A stretch of DNA of 64,000 bases from an uncultured delta proteobacterium (GTDB lineage: Bacteria > Desulfobacterota > Binatia > Binatales > Binataceae), in NCBI GenBank assembly GCA_963711565.1, contig CAVQEQ010000003.1, forward strand, positions 384,001-448,000, read 5' to 3'. The notes beneath the pieces are model-generated. The model saw only the letters and a list, made by a program, of their open reading frames with translations, had not been told where the DNA came from and did no database searches. How positions within the stretch are numbered: the stretch's first letter is position 1; each line of letters begins with the position of its first letter. The translations under genes were made by a program, and so were the position numbers. This document shows, one piece after another, positions 49,057 through 59,059 of the stretch.

Positions 49057-51456
49057 ATGGCAAGAATCCAGACATCTCCCGTCGCCACCGGCGCACCCGG
49101 CATCCCGCCGCGATGGACCCGCAGCGCCAAGGACGCGGTCTGCACCGCGTACTCGTCGGCCAGCCGCCTGTGGTTCACGACCTCCGTCGGCGTCCTCAAC
49201 GAGATTTATTTTCCGACGATCGATCAGCCGCAGGTCCGCGACGTCCAGTTTCTGATCACCGACGGCGAGACGTTCTTTCACGATGAACGCCGGCATCTGC
49301 AGTCCACCACCGAATATCTCGCGGCGACGGGACTCGGGGTAAAGATCGTCAGCCACTCGCCCGACGGCCGCTATCATATCTACAAGGAGATCATTACCGA
49401 TCCGCATCAGCCGACCCTGCTCGTCAACGCGCGGCTCGAGGGTGACCCGGAGCTGCTAAAGAAGCTTCACCTCTACGTTCTACTCGCGCCGCACCTGGGC
49501 GTCGGCGGGTGGGGCAACAACGGCTACCTGTCGAGGATCGTCGGCCACGAGTTCCTGACGGCGAACAAGGATGGCGTCTGGCTGGCTCTGGGAACCACCG
49601 AGCCGTTTCTCAGAACGTCATGCGGATACGTCGGCAGCACCGACGGCTGGCAGGACATCAAAGCCAACTTCAAGATGGATTATGAGTTCGCCGCCGCGCT
49701 CGACGGCAACATCGCGCTGACTGCCGAAATCGACTTGCGCAAGGGCTACTCGTTCACGCTCGGCCTCGGCTTCGGCCGCGAGCTCAATCGTGCCGTCACG
49801 ACCTTGTATCAATCGCTCGCCGAGCCTTTCGCCGAGCATCGCGAGCGCTTCCTCGAGCAATGGGATCGCGCGTGCCGGCATATCGCACCGCTCGACAAAT
49901 TTTCCGGCGACGGCGGCGCGCTCTATCGCCGCGGCTGCCAGCTGCTGCTCGCGCACGAGGACAAAACTTATCCCGGCGCGCTCATCGCTTCGCTCAGCAT
50001 CCCCTGGGGCGAGGCCAAGAGCGACGAAGACCTGGGCGGCTACCATCTCGTCTGGACCCGCGACATGGTAAACAGCGTGACCGGCCTGGCCGCCACCGGC
50101 GACGTCACCACCGCGCTGCGCGCGCTCATCTATCTTGCGTGCGCACAGCGTCCGGACGGCGGCTTTCCGCAGAATTTCTGGATCGACGGCAAGCCCTACT
50201 GGAACGGCATTCAGCTCGACGAAGTTTCGTTTCCGATCACGCTCGCGTGGCGCTTGCACAGGCACGGCGCGCTCAAGGATTTCGATCCGTATCCGATGGT
50301 GATCCGCGCGGCGCATTTCCTGGTTGATAACGGTCCGCCGACGCCGCAGGAGCGATGGGAGGAGAATGCCGGCTACTCGCCTTCGACGCTCGCCGCCAAT
50401 ATCGCCGGGCTCGTCTGCGCCGCATGCTTCGCGCGCGACCGCGGCGATGTCATCAGCGCGCAATTCCTCGAGGAGTACGCCGACTTCCTCGAAGCGCACA
50501 TCGAAACCTGGACCGTCACCAACGACGGCTTCCTCGTTCCCGGCGTCAAGCGCCACTACGTCCGCATCAATCCTATCGACATCGCCAATCCCGACGCTGC
50601 TGAAAACATCGAGGGCAAGCGCGTCTTCATTCACAATCGCGCACCCGGCGCGCAGGCAGAATTTCCCGTCGCGGAAATCGTCGACGGCGGATTTCTCGAG
50701 CTGGTCCGCTACGGCATCCGCAAAGCCGGCGACTCGCTGATGGAGGATTCGCTGCGCGTGATCGATGCCGTCCTCAAGACCGACTTCCCCGCCGGTCCAT
50801 GCTGGCGCCGCTATACTCACGACGGCTACGGCCAGCGCGACGACGGCGGACCGTTCCTCGGATGGGGCCGCGGACGCCCGTGGCCGCTGCTGACGGGAGA
50901 GCGCGGACATTACGAGCTCGCCGCGGGCCGCGACCCGACGCCGTATCTGCAAGCGATGGAGCGGTTTGCGAACGCCACGCAGTTGCTGCCCGAGCAAATC
51001 TGGGATCAGCCCGACATCTCGCGCCGATTGCTCAAATACGGCGGCCAGACCGGCAGCGCGACACCCCTGATGTGGGCGCACGCCGAGTATATCAAGCTGC
51101 TGCGCTCGACCTCGGACGGCCGCGTGTTCGACATGATCGACGAAGTGCGGGACCGCTACATGAAGCCGGGCCGAAAGCAGAGCCGCCTCCGCGTGTGGAA
51201 GTCCAACCGCCGCGTCATGTCGGTTTCACCCGGCGACCGCCTGCGCATCCAGGCGACCGCGCCGTTCACGCTGCATTGGTCCAACGACGAATGGCAGCAC
51301 GTCAACGACACCGGGTTGACCTCGACGCCGATCGGCTTCGACTACGTAGACATCGACATCGGCGCGAGCGACAAGGCGCCTATTCGCTTCACCTTCAACT
51401 GGCGCGAGTCGGGCAATTGGGAAGGCCGCGACTACGCGGTCGCGATCGCGAAATAA
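49057..51456 (+). CDS. Glucoamylase/glucodextranase (GH15)
   Basis: ASLSIPWG, GGYHLVW.RD, QERWEE, GRGR.WPLLTGER, PEQ.WD, SATPL.WAHAEY. Confidence 0.9.
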   Translation: MARIQTSPVATGAPGIPPRWTRSAKDAVCTAYSSASRLWFTTSVGVLNEIYFPTIDQPQVRDVQFLITDGETFFHDERRHLQSTTEYLAATGLGVKIVSHSPDGRYHIYKEIITDPHQPTLLVNARLEGDPELLKKLHLYVLLAPHLGVGGWGNNGYLSRIVGHEFLTANKDGVWLALGTTEPFLRTSCGYVGSTDGWQDIKANFKMDYEFAAALDGNIALTAEIDLRKGYSFTLGLGFGRELNRAVTTLYQSLAEPFAEHRERFLEQWDRACRHIAPLDKFSGDGGALYRRGCQLLLAHEDKTYPGALIASLSIPWGEAKSDEDLGGYHLVWTRDMVNSVTGLAATGDVTTALRALIYLACAQRPDGGFPQNFWIDGKPYWNGIQLDEVSFPITLAWRLHRHGALKDFDPYPMVIRAAHFLVDNGPPTPQERWEENAGYSPSTLAANIAGLVCAACFARDRGDVISAQFLEEYADFLEAHIETWTVTNDGFLVPGVKRHYVRINPIDIANPDAAENIEGKRVFIHNRAPGAQAEFPVAEIVDGGFLELVRYGIRKAGDSLMEDSLRVIDAVLKTDFPAGPCWRRYTHDGYGQRDDGGPFLGWGRGRPWPLLTGERGHYELAAGRDPTPYLQAMERFANATQLLPEQIWDQPDISRRLLKYGGQTGSATPLMWAHAEYIKLLRSTSDGRVFDMIDEVRDRYMKPGRKQSRLRVWKSNRRVMSVSPGDRLRIQATAPFTLHWSNDEWQHVNDTGLTSTPIGFDYVDIDIGASDKAPIRFTFNWRESGNWEGRDYAVAIAK

Positions 51457-51596
51457 GCGGTAAAATCGGTCTCAAAGGTTCATTTCTTCTCGCCGATGTA
51501 TTGCCGTAACACGGGCAATTGCATATCTGTAGGTCCGTTCTCAGAACTGCGGCGTAAAACGCCGCACGTCAAATGCTCGATAGTGGGAGGGGACCG

Positions 51597-52187
51597 ATGA
51601 AATTCAGATTCCTTATGGCCGCAATAATCGCGACCGCGTTTTGCGCAACGCCTACTTGGGCTTGGCACCGATCGGATCTTCAGCAGAACGCTGTACCGGA
51701 CAAGAAAACCAAAACACCAAAACCCTCGAAGTACGACATTACTCTAACCATCGACGGTGGATATGGCGGTGCGGGTACCCCCACCAGCACCGGTTGCCCG
51801 GGCGGAGAGGATTACGCCGATTACTGTCTTTCCGGTGAGTGCTATTGCTACACGTACACAGGGAAAGCCAGTGGCACGGCTGGCAGCGGCACGGTGACGT
51901 TCTATGAGTCCTACGATGATGAGTACTATTTTTCCGATGCGGAGGCCGGATGCGACCAGGCGTTCGGTGACATAGAAATCAACGGTTCAAAGGATGTCGA
52001 GAGTATCTCATTCTGGGGCGCGGACTGCGGCAGCGACTTCACCCCGCAATTTTTTCTCAGCGGGGGCTGCACACTCGAGGACACGAGTATCTTTTTAGAC
52101 GGAGCAGTTGGGCCGTGTTCGGGCAATTTCAATTACGCTGCCTCAGGGCCTACGACCTTCTCAATCAAGGGATCAGCCTTGAAGTAG
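51597..52187 (+). CDS. Secreted Cys/Gly-rich hypothetical protein
   Basis: GGAGG RBS, signal peptide, 8 Cys in the mature part. Confidence 0.65.
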   Translation: MKFRFLMAAIIATAFCATPTWAWHRSDLQQNAVPDKKTKTPKPSKYDITLTIDGGYGGAGTPTSTGCPGGEDYADYCLSGECYCYTYTGKASGTAGSGTVTFYESYDDEYYFSDAEAGCDQAFGDIEINGSKDVESISFWGADCGSDFTPQFFLSGGCTLEDTSIFLDGAVGPCSGNFNYAASGPTTFSIKGSALK

Positions 52188-52236
52188 GCTGATCCATGCT
52201 GCTCACCGTCGAGCGGTGGGCGTCGACGAAGCACTC

Positions 52237-52273
52237 AAGGGACCGTTCGAGGTGGATCGAGCGGTCCCTTTTT
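52237..52273 (+). terminator. Intrinsic terminator
   Basis: AAGGGACCGTTCGA-loop-TCGAGCGGTCCCTT followed by T tract. Confidence 0.7.
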
Positions 52274-52506
52274 CATTCTCATCTCTTCCTCCCTTAACAG
52301 CCCGTAATCTCGCGCGACTCGCACCATCTCGGCGACGAGACCGCCGCATTTGCGCATCGCCTTCGCGTCCTTTTGAGATTCTTGCGCTCTCTCAGGCCGT
52401 CGCGCTCTGGCACGAAGCTGGCTCTCTCCTCTCTGCGGACGCGCGCCTTACGATCCGTTAATAACCAAATCGGCGCGCGTGCGTACTTGTACGTGGAGGA
52501 CGACCG

Positions 52507-52827
52507 ATGAGTAGCAAGGATCCGTTTGTGCGCGACGCGGTTGAGGTAAGGCTGGTGTTCGCATTGCTGGTGCTGATGGCATTGCTGATTGTCCAGGGTT
52601 GCACCGCGTTCAATCCGCAGGGCGCCGCCATCCAGCAAGCGCCCAACTACTACAACGGCGAATCGTACAGCCAGTTGTCGCCCGAGCAGAAAATGCAACT
52701 CGAAGATCACCTCGCCAATCAGAGCAACTCGGCGTGGAGAACCAGCGCCGACGTAGCGTCAAGCGCTGGCCAGCTCGGACAGGGAACCGGAGTTCTGCTC
52801 TGGGGAATCCACTCGATCCAGAAGTAA
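52507..52827 (+). CDS. Small lipoprotein, paralog 1
   Basis: Lipobox VQGC; YSQLSPEQKMQLEDHLANQSN. Confidence 0.7.
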   Translation: MSSKDPFVRDAVEVRLVFALLVLMALLIVQGCTAFNPQGAAIQQAPNYYNGESYSQLSPEQKMQLEDHLANQSNSAWRTSADVASSAGQLGQGTGVLLWGIHSIQK

Positions 52828-52849
52828 ATAGTTACGGCTCAAGGTTTCG

Positions 52850-53218
52850 ATGTTGGTCGTGACTCCCGCCCCTGCCGCGACATTGATCGCGGCGATTACC
52901 CTCGCGCTCATGCTGTCAGGCTTGTCCGGATGCACCAATATGATGCCGCAATATGCTGCCCAGAATTACGCGCCTTCCTACTACGAAGGCGGCTACAGCA
53001 CGCTGACGCCGCAGCAGAAATTCCAGCTCGAAGACCATCTCTCTAATCAGAGCAATCAGGCATGGCAGACTACCGCGCAGGTCATGAGCGGCGCCGGTCG
53101 GCTGCTCGGTGGAACAGGAAGTCTGTTAAGCGCGATTCGCTCGATTGAGAAGCCGCCATCCGGCGGCGCTGCGCGAGCGCGCAACCTGCGGATACACCCG
53201 CGGCTAGCAGTACGCTGA
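52850..53218 (+). CDS. Small lipoprotein, paralog 2
   Basis: Lipobox LSGC; YSTLTPQQKFQLEDHLSNQSN. Confidence 0.7.
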   Translation: MLVVTPAPAATLIAAITLALMLSGLSGCTNMMPQYAAQNYAPSYYEGGYSTLTPQQKFQLEDHLSNQSNQAWQTTAQVMSGAGRLLGGTGSLLSAIRSIEKPPSGGAARARNLRIHPRLAVR

Positions 53219-53402
53219 CTCGGCGTGGCGAAAGGATCGAGGTGAAGCCGAGAGAGCGGTCCACTGCTCGCTCGACCTACCCCGCCCCCCGCTCATTCGT
53301 ACAGTTTCCAGTCCGACGCGGTCAGCCTGGAAGGAAACAATGGAAGCCAATCAACGGGTAGCGGGTTTTGAGCCCACTACCCATCAATGGATTCGAAAGG
53401 AC

Positions 53403-55145
53403 TTAGGTTGTGCCGTTGGGGATTAACCGGGAGACCGTGAGATCGTTCGAGATGGCCTGGAAGATCTGGTTCAGGGTTCCGGTCGATCGGGCATCAGCGG
53501 CGCAGCCAGAGGTCGTAGATGTGACGTCGGTGAAGAAGTTCTGGTTATTCTGTACGTAGTCGCCCGGGGTTGTGGGCGAGTTTGCGATACCCTGCATCGT
53601 GCAGACCGGGCTCGCATACGTACCGCTGTCAGTACTGCATCCACTTGTCTCGGCGCCGTAGGCGACTGCATATACCGTGGTTCCCGCTGCCGCTGCGGCT
53701 TGGGCGCGGGCTACTGCCTGTGCGCACTGCCCCGTACCCAAATAAACGGTCGATGGCGCCGGCTTTGTCTCCTGCATCCCTTCGCTACCGGCACCCGAAG
53801 TAGTAGGCGTAGCTTCAGTAACATCTGCATTCGCTTCGCCATCGCTGACCAGAATCATCACGTTCTTCGTGCTGACTCCCAAGCCCTGTCGCACGGTTTG
53901 CTGCGCGATGAGCGCGCTTTGTGCCGTATCAATTACGCCCGCATAGAAGGTTCCCTCGCCGCCCGGAGCGCCAAGGCCCGTGCTGCAACCTCCACCGGCC
54001 GCGATCACGAGGTCGGAGCCGGAAACCAGCGAGGTCGCCGTGTCGGAAGTGCGGTAGTCGCTCGACCACGGAACAATCTCGTATTCGGGTGGGTTAGGGT
54101 TCGAAGAGCAAGCAGTGTTATCGGCCACAGTTGTCCCGGATGGGTCCTTGCCCGCGCAGCCGGCAAGAGGAGTGCCTTTGCCTGTACATTTGGCGGCTTC
54201 TTTGCCCGAGCAGCAAGCAACAGGAGCACCCGCGGCTGTGCAATTTTCGTAATTGAAGAACTCGTTGTAGGAGGTAATCGGCGGGTTTGTAGTAGGACAC
54301 TGTACATCGTCCTTAACATTCCCAATCGCTGAACCGCTCGCTGCCAGCCCCGGGAACGTAAACAGAGCGACTTCATCGATGGGATTGCTGGAGACGTTAG
54401 TTCCGTTTAGGGTGCCACTCGCGGGCGAGGGAACGTCGAACGAGCTGGTTTCGGTCTCGGGGCAGCTGGTCAGCCCCGCGGCGCACGGCGACAGCGTGCT
54501 TAGCAGGGTCTGGACGCCTTCCAACGCGCATTGAATTCTTTCCTTACCGCAGTTGCCGGCGTCGGTCTGAGTCATCGACTCCGTCGAATCGATGATAATT
54601 GCCACGTTGTAAGGGCCATTAAATCCGCCCTTCGCACTCGCCAGCGCGCTTGCCGAGATTGTCCAGGTCGGGAAGCCGAGCACGTTGGCGAATGTCGTCG
54701 GAATCGTTGCCGTCTCCGTCACGCGGAGGGCGTTATCGCCCGAGTAGTCGGCTTTGCACGAGGGAACACCCTCTGCGGCGGCTGCGGCGCTGGTCAGACA
54801 CACGGGCGTAACCGTCACTTTAACGTTGGTCAGCAAATTGCTGGTGTCGTTTGCGTCCGTAGTTGCTGCACCGCTGTAGCTCGTCGCAGTGGTCTGTATC
54901 TCGCTTGCTGACTCATCTTCATTAGACATCACCGAGCCGCCGGCCAACGCGGCCGCCCGGGTTTGAGCCAGAAGCTGTTGATAGCCGTAATAGACACGGC
55001 CGACATCGACGACTAGCGCAACCACAAGCATAAGGGTAACCAAGCCAACCATTATCATTACTAATGACTGCCCTCGCTCCCCTTCGCGCAACCTGCGCAC
55101 AACATACTTGTTGTTCCGGACGGAAGATTCGTTGTCTTGCTTCAT
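53403..55145 (-). CDS. TadG-like Flp pilus protein with vWA-like domain
   Basis: ERGQSLV prepilin-like site, VVDVG..Y......AALAG, IIDSTESM (MIDAS-like), ILVSDGEAN. Confidence 0.8.
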   Translation of the reverse strand: MKQDNESSVRNNKYVVRRLREGERGQSLVMIMVGLVTLMLVVALVVDVGRVYYGYQQLLAQTRAAALAGGSVMSNEDESASEIQTTATSYSGAATTDANDTSNLLTNVKVTVTPVCLTSAAAAAEGVPSCKADYSGDNALRVTETATIPTTFANVLGFPTWTISASALASAKGGFNGPYNVAIIIDSTESMTQTDAGNCGKERIQCALEGVQTLLSTLSPCAAGLTSCPETETSSFDVPSPASGTLNGTNVSSNPIDEVALFTFPGLAASGSAIGNVKDDVQCPTTNPPITSYNEFFNYENCTAAGAPVACCSGKEAAKCTGKGTPLAGCAGKDPSGTTVADNTACSSNPNPPEYEIVPWSSDYRTSDTATSLVSGSDLVIAAGGGCSTGLGAPGGEGTFYAGVIDTAQSALIAQQTVRQGLGVSTKNVMILVSDGEANADVTEATPTTSGAGSEGMQETKPAPSTVYLGTGQCAQAVARAQAAAAAGTTVYAVAYGAETSGCSTDSGTYASPVCTMQGIANSPTTPGDYVQNNQNFFTDVTSTTSGCAADARSTGTLNQIFQAISNDLTVSRLIPNGTT

Positions 55146-55642
55146 TGTATAAGCTCCGCGGCCGTTGCCGATAAGGTGCAGGCAGGATTCCAGCCAGTGA
55201 GATTCTGTAAAATGATGGGGATATTGAGGCTGCACGGATAGGTAACGGTTACCTTGGCAGTATCGCCCGACACCAGATCGCCGCTCGCGCCGGAACACGA
55301 GGTGCCCCCAATCGCAGATCCGTACGTAATCACAGGCGGGGTTCCGCTAGTGGTCCCAATCTGAATCGTGTAGGTGAGATCCGCAGCAGTGAGGCCCGGC
55401 GCTGCGCTCGTGACCGCTGTAACAGTGGTCGCGCACGGGTCAGAGGTATCGCCTCGACTAATTGAAAGTTGCTGAGCACCGATGGTCGTAGCGGATGTCA
55501 GCGTCAACTCGTTGTTAAATGCAACCCCGAACACCACTATGGCCATAAGCAGGCCGAGCAGCAGCGGCACTGAGAGAGCGAACTCAGTCATCGCCTGGCC
55601 TGGATCGTCGCGAAGGCGAAACCTGCCCAATCTCTTCTTCAT
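55142..55642 (-). CDS. tadE: TadE/TadG-family pseudopilin
   Basis: GQAMTEFAL..PLLL.LL..IV.FG; V.VTY near the C-terminus. Confidence 0.85.
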   Translation of the reverse strand: MKKRLGRFRLRDDPGQAMTEFALSVPLLLGLLMAIVVFGVAFNNELTLTSATTIGAQQLSISRGDTSDPCATTVTAVTSAAPGLTAADLTYTIQIGTTSGTPPVITYGSAIGGTSCSGASGDLVSGDTAKVTVTYPCSLNIPIILQNLTGWNPACTLSATAAELIQ

Positions 55643-55745
55643 ACATCACCCCTCGGTACCGTTCTGTGAGGGAAACGGACCAAGATACTTGTACTTGTAT
55701 CTACCCCACGTCGCAAGAGTTAAGAACCGGTAGCCCCACAAGGTA

Positions 55746-55762
55746 AGCAACCTGAATGCCAA
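55746..55762 (-). promoter_or_regulatory. Sigma-54 (-24/-12) promoter for tadE-tadG
   Basis: TTGGCATTCAGGTTGCT with GG-N10-GC spacing. Confidence 0.7.
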
Positions 55763-56055
55763 AGCTGATATCTGGCACTTTTCACTCGTTTGGTAGTTTA
55801 TATTAGGCAGCGGGATGAAATTCAAGCGCCGCTGGTGGCGATTCTGCTACTGCTTGTAGCACGAAGTTGGCTGGTTGAGGTCGGCGAGAGCAACCAAGGG
55901 AGGCATTAACAGCTACGCTTCGGGCCGAAATTTCGCGGGCGGCGCAGATGATTCCAGCGAGCACTACCTCTCTGCGAAACGCTTGTATTAACAGGCGTTT
56001 AGCCTTCGTAACCTCAAAATACATCTCTCCGTACCCTGATCAGGAGAGACAAATT

Positions 56056-56277
56056 ATGAAAATCCACACTTCCATTATCGCCGCGACGTTCGGGCTTCTC
56101 ATGATGGCGATGCCAAGCATTGCGTCCGCCGAGATCGTCGTGTATCCGCGCGCCGTGCACCCCGTGATGGTCCAGGAGGTCGTCGAACCCGCCCCCTTCA
56201 CCACCGTCGAGTACTATCGGCCGTGGGCATGCGCCAACGGATTCTTCCGCCGCCATCATCGGTGGATGTGCCGCTAA
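56056..56277 (+). CDS. Small secreted hypothetical protein
   Basis: AGGAG RBS, signal peptide ending ASA, C-terminal C..C pair. Confidence 0.6.
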   Translation: MKIHTSIIAATFGLLMMAMPSIASAEIVVYPRAVHPVMVQEVVEPAPFTTVEYYRPWACANGFFRRHHRWMCR

Positions 56278-56330
56278 CCCGGCCGAGGCGGGCGGTGTGT
56301 CAAAATGACACCCGCTCGCATCCCTGCGAT

Positions 56331-56567
56331 TTACCCTTGCCCAATCCGCTCTATCGCGAACTGCGCAGCCAAGGATGCCATCATCGCCTCGACTTCATCG
56401 CGCGAATCCGCCGAGAAGTAAATCCGCAGGTGATGCCGGACGGGGTCTTCGGTCCGCAGCGTGGCGAGATTGTCGTACGACTCAACGATCGACTTGAACA
56501 GCACGATCTGCTCGGGCGGTATCGCGATCAGCATCGAGGCGATCGCCGGCGGCTTGTTCTCACTCAC
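56331..56567 (-). CDS. DUF4911-like small protein
   Basis: I..FK.I.ESYD.LATLRT.DP. Confidence 0.65.
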   Translation of the reverse strand: MSENKPPAIASMLIAIPPEQIVLFKSIVESYDNLATLRTEDPVRHHLRIYFSADSRDEVEAMMASLAAQFAIERIGQG

Positions 56568-56605
56568 GGTTTACTGCTACCTCCGCGACCCCTACATTCT
56601 AGCCG

Positions 56606-57490
56606 ATGACGCTGCCGCGGGTCTTGTTCGTAACCGGCAAAGGCGGCACCGGCAAGAGCACGGTGGCGGCCGCGCTGGCGATTGCGCTGTCGCATCGGCG
56701 TCCAACCACGCTCGCCGACCTGGACCGGCGATTGTCCGCGGCGGCGGCGCTCGGCGCGATGCCGGAAGATTCGACCGCCGTTAAAATCAGCGACACGCTC
56801 GACGTGATCGCGTTGACGCCGCGCGCGGAGCTCGAAGCCTTCATCGAGCGGATCGTCCCGATCCGCGCAATTTCGCGCCGGATGCTGCGCAGTCGGACTT
56901 TCGGCTACGTCACCGCGGCGCTGCCCGGCCTCGAGGCGTTCCTGTTGCTGGAACGGCTCCGGATTATGGCAGGAGATGCCGCGCTGGAGGACCGCTATCT
57001 CGTAATCGACGCTCCCGCCTCGGGCAGCGCCGTCGAGCTGCTCTCGGTCTCGTCGGGCGTCAAGGGAATCGCGCCGGGCGGCACGCTGAACCGGCTGGCC
57101 GATTCGATCGACAGCTTTCTTGGCGACGCGACGCGCTTCGGCGCGGTAATCACGACGACGCCGGAGGACCTGGCGGTGCGCGAGGCGCTCGAGACGGCCG
57201 CGACGATTCGCGAGCGGCTCGGCGTCGCCACGGTCGCCGCGATAATGAACTGCGTTCCCGATTTGATGTTCGACACCTCCGAGCTCGCCGCGATAAGCGC
57301 GCTCGGCGGCCACGCCGGCCTGGCGATACGCCGGAACGCCGCGCGTGAGAATGCGGCGCTCGTCGCCCCGCGATTCGCCGACGCCGGCCTCTCGACGATC
57401 AGCCTTCCGATGATGTTCACGCCAGCCATCGGTCCGCGCGAGATCGCGAAACTCGGCCGCGTACTGGATACGGAGCTGCTCGACCGATGA
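56606..57490 (+). CDS. ArsA/Get3-family ATPase, subunit 1
   Basis: VTGKGGTGKST, ALPGL, DAPASG, T.PE.L.V.E. Confidence 0.8.
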   Translation: MTLPRVLFVTGKGGTGKSTVAAALAIALSHRRPTTLADLDRRLSAAAALGAMPEDSTAVKISDTLDVIALTPRAELEAFIERIVPIRAISRRMLRSRTFGYVTAALPGLEAFLLLERLRIMAGDAALEDRYLVIDAPASGSAVELLSVSSGVKGIAPGGTLNRLADSIDSFLGDATRFGAVITTTPEDLAVREALETAATIRERLGVATVAAIMNCVPDLMFDTSELAAISALGGHAGLAIRRNAARENAALVAPRFADAGLSTISLPMMFTPAIGPREIAKLGRVLDTELLDR

Positions 57491-58593
57491 AGCCGCTCGA
57501 CTTGCGCTCGCAGAAACTCGTGATCTGCCTGGGGCCCGGCGGCGTCGGCAAGACTACCATCAGTGCAGCGCTCGCGGTGCGCGGCGCGATGCTCGGATGC
57601 GCCGTCGATGTGATGACAGTAGATCCAGCGCCGCGCCTGCTCGATGCGCTCGGCCTCGCGGCGGATTCATCCGAGCCGGTCGAGGTTGCGCTCGACGGCA
57701 TTCGGCCTTCGCACCGCGGCGGCGCGTCGAATCGCGCGAGGCTGCGTGCGTTGCGGCTCGATCCGAAACGCACCTTCGATTCGATCGTCGCGCGCTACGC
57801 CTCGTCGGCCGCGGCGCGCGACACGATTCTCGAAAATCGAATCTATCGCAACCTCTCGGGCGCGCTCGCGGGCGTCGGCGACTACATGGCGATGGAGAAG
57901 CTGCTAGAACTGGCAGCCAATCCCGCCACTGACCTGATTGTTCTCGACACGCCGCCCGCGACCGAGGCAATCGACTTCCTCGACGCGCCGCGCCGCCTGC
58001 TCGAACTGCTCAACTCACGCGCCGTCACGTTGCTGGGCGCACCTGCCGGACTGTTCAGGAGCCAGTTGCGGATGGTGGATATCGCCGCGCGCGCCGTGCT
58101 CGCGGCGTTCGATCGCGTGACGGGCCTGAACCTGCTGAGCGACGTGCAATCGTTCGTGCGCAGTTTCGACGGCATGTACGAAGGCTTCTCTGCTCGCGCT
58201 GAACGCGCACAGGAGAAGCTGCGCGCGCCGGACACGGCAATCGTGATCGTCACGACCGCGGAGTCGAGCCGTATCGCGCAGGCGCGCGAATTTGTCGGCG
58301 CGCTCGAGGATGCCGGCTTGCGTATCGCCGCGATGGTCGTGAATCGGGTGCTTGCGAAGCTGCCCGACGCGGCGGAACTAACGTCGGCACGCATCGCGCC
58401 TTCGCTCAAGAAAAAGTTGAAGCGCAATCTCGCCGATTACACCGCGCTCAAGAAGCGCGAGGAAGTATCGCTGAGCGCGCTGCGCGATTCGCTTCCGGCA
58501 GGCGCTGTCCTGATGGTTGCGCCCGACCTTGGCCGCGAGCCGCGCACTATCGCGGACCTGGCCCAAATCGGCCGCAGTGTTGTGTCATCCTGA
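57487..58593 (+). CDS. ArsA/Get3-family ATPase, subunit 2
   Basis: G.GGVGKTT, TVDPA.RL..ALG, LDPK.TFD, YMAMEKL, LDTPP...A.DFLDAP. Confidence 0.85.
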   Translation: MKPLDLRSQKLVICLGPGGVGKTTISAALAVRGAMLGCAVDVMTVDPAPRLLDALGLAADSSEPVEVALDGIRPSHRGGASNRARLRALRLDPKRTFDSIVARYASSAAARDTILENRIYRNLSGALAGVGDYMAMEKLLELAANPATDLIVLDTPPATEAIDFLDAPRRLLELLNSRAVTLLGAPAGLFRSQLRMVDIAARAVLAAFDRVTGLNLLSDVQSFVRSFDGMYEGFSARAERAQEKLRAPDTAIVIVTTAESSRIAQAREFVGALEDAGLRIAAMVVNRVLAKLPDAAELTSARIAPSLKKKLKRNLADYTALKKREEVSLSALRDSLPAGAVLMVAPDLGREPRTIADLAQIGRSVVSS

Positions 58594-58678
58594 CGAAGCG
58601 AGCAACGCGAGCGGCAGGAAGGATCTCGGACAGCTTCGCGTCAGCGAAGCCGGTACCGGTTTTCGCAATCGCGCAGCG
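58583..58678 (+). repeat. TGTCAT-tagged REP-like element with nested hairpin
   Basis: TGTCATCCTGACGAAGCGAGCAACGCGAGCGGCAGGAAGGATCTC...; partial copy at 37083-37150. Confidence 0.7.
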
Positions 58679-58683
58679 CTCCT

Positions 58684-59028
58684 CTACTTCTTCGCGCGCC
58701 GAATCGCCGGCTTCGCCGGTTCGTTGTGATCGAGCAAACGATCGAGCTTGATGCTGAGATTCAGCAGTTGCGAGCTCAGGTGATCGAGCCGCGCTTTCAG
58801 GTCGCGCACGTCGCGCTTGGACGGAATGTTGACGAAATCGAGCACCTGCTCGACGTTGCGGTCGAACGACTGCTTGTTGGCCATGAAGCGCTCACCGGCC
58901 TTGCCGAAACTCGAGCGCATCCTGTCGTTCGACATGATCTCGTTGAAAAAGCCCGAGACGCCTTCCTCGCTCATCTGGCGGAGCTTGTTCATCAGGTTGT
59001 CGTCGTCGCGGCGTGCCATAATTTTCAA
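58684..59028 (-). CDS. Phasin/PHA-granule-associated-like protein
   Basis: L..VNIPSK.DV..L..RLD.L...L..L coiled coil with a Lys/Ala tail. Confidence 0.55.
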   Translation of the reverse strand: MKIMARRDDDNLMNKLRQMSEEGVSGFFNEIMSNDRMRSSFGKAGERFMANKQSFDRNVEQVLDFVNIPSKRDVRDLKARLDHLSSQLLNLSIKLDRLLDHNEPAKPAIRRAKK

Positions 59029-59059
59029 CTATATATAGAGGGGCGCGCCGCGCAAACCG

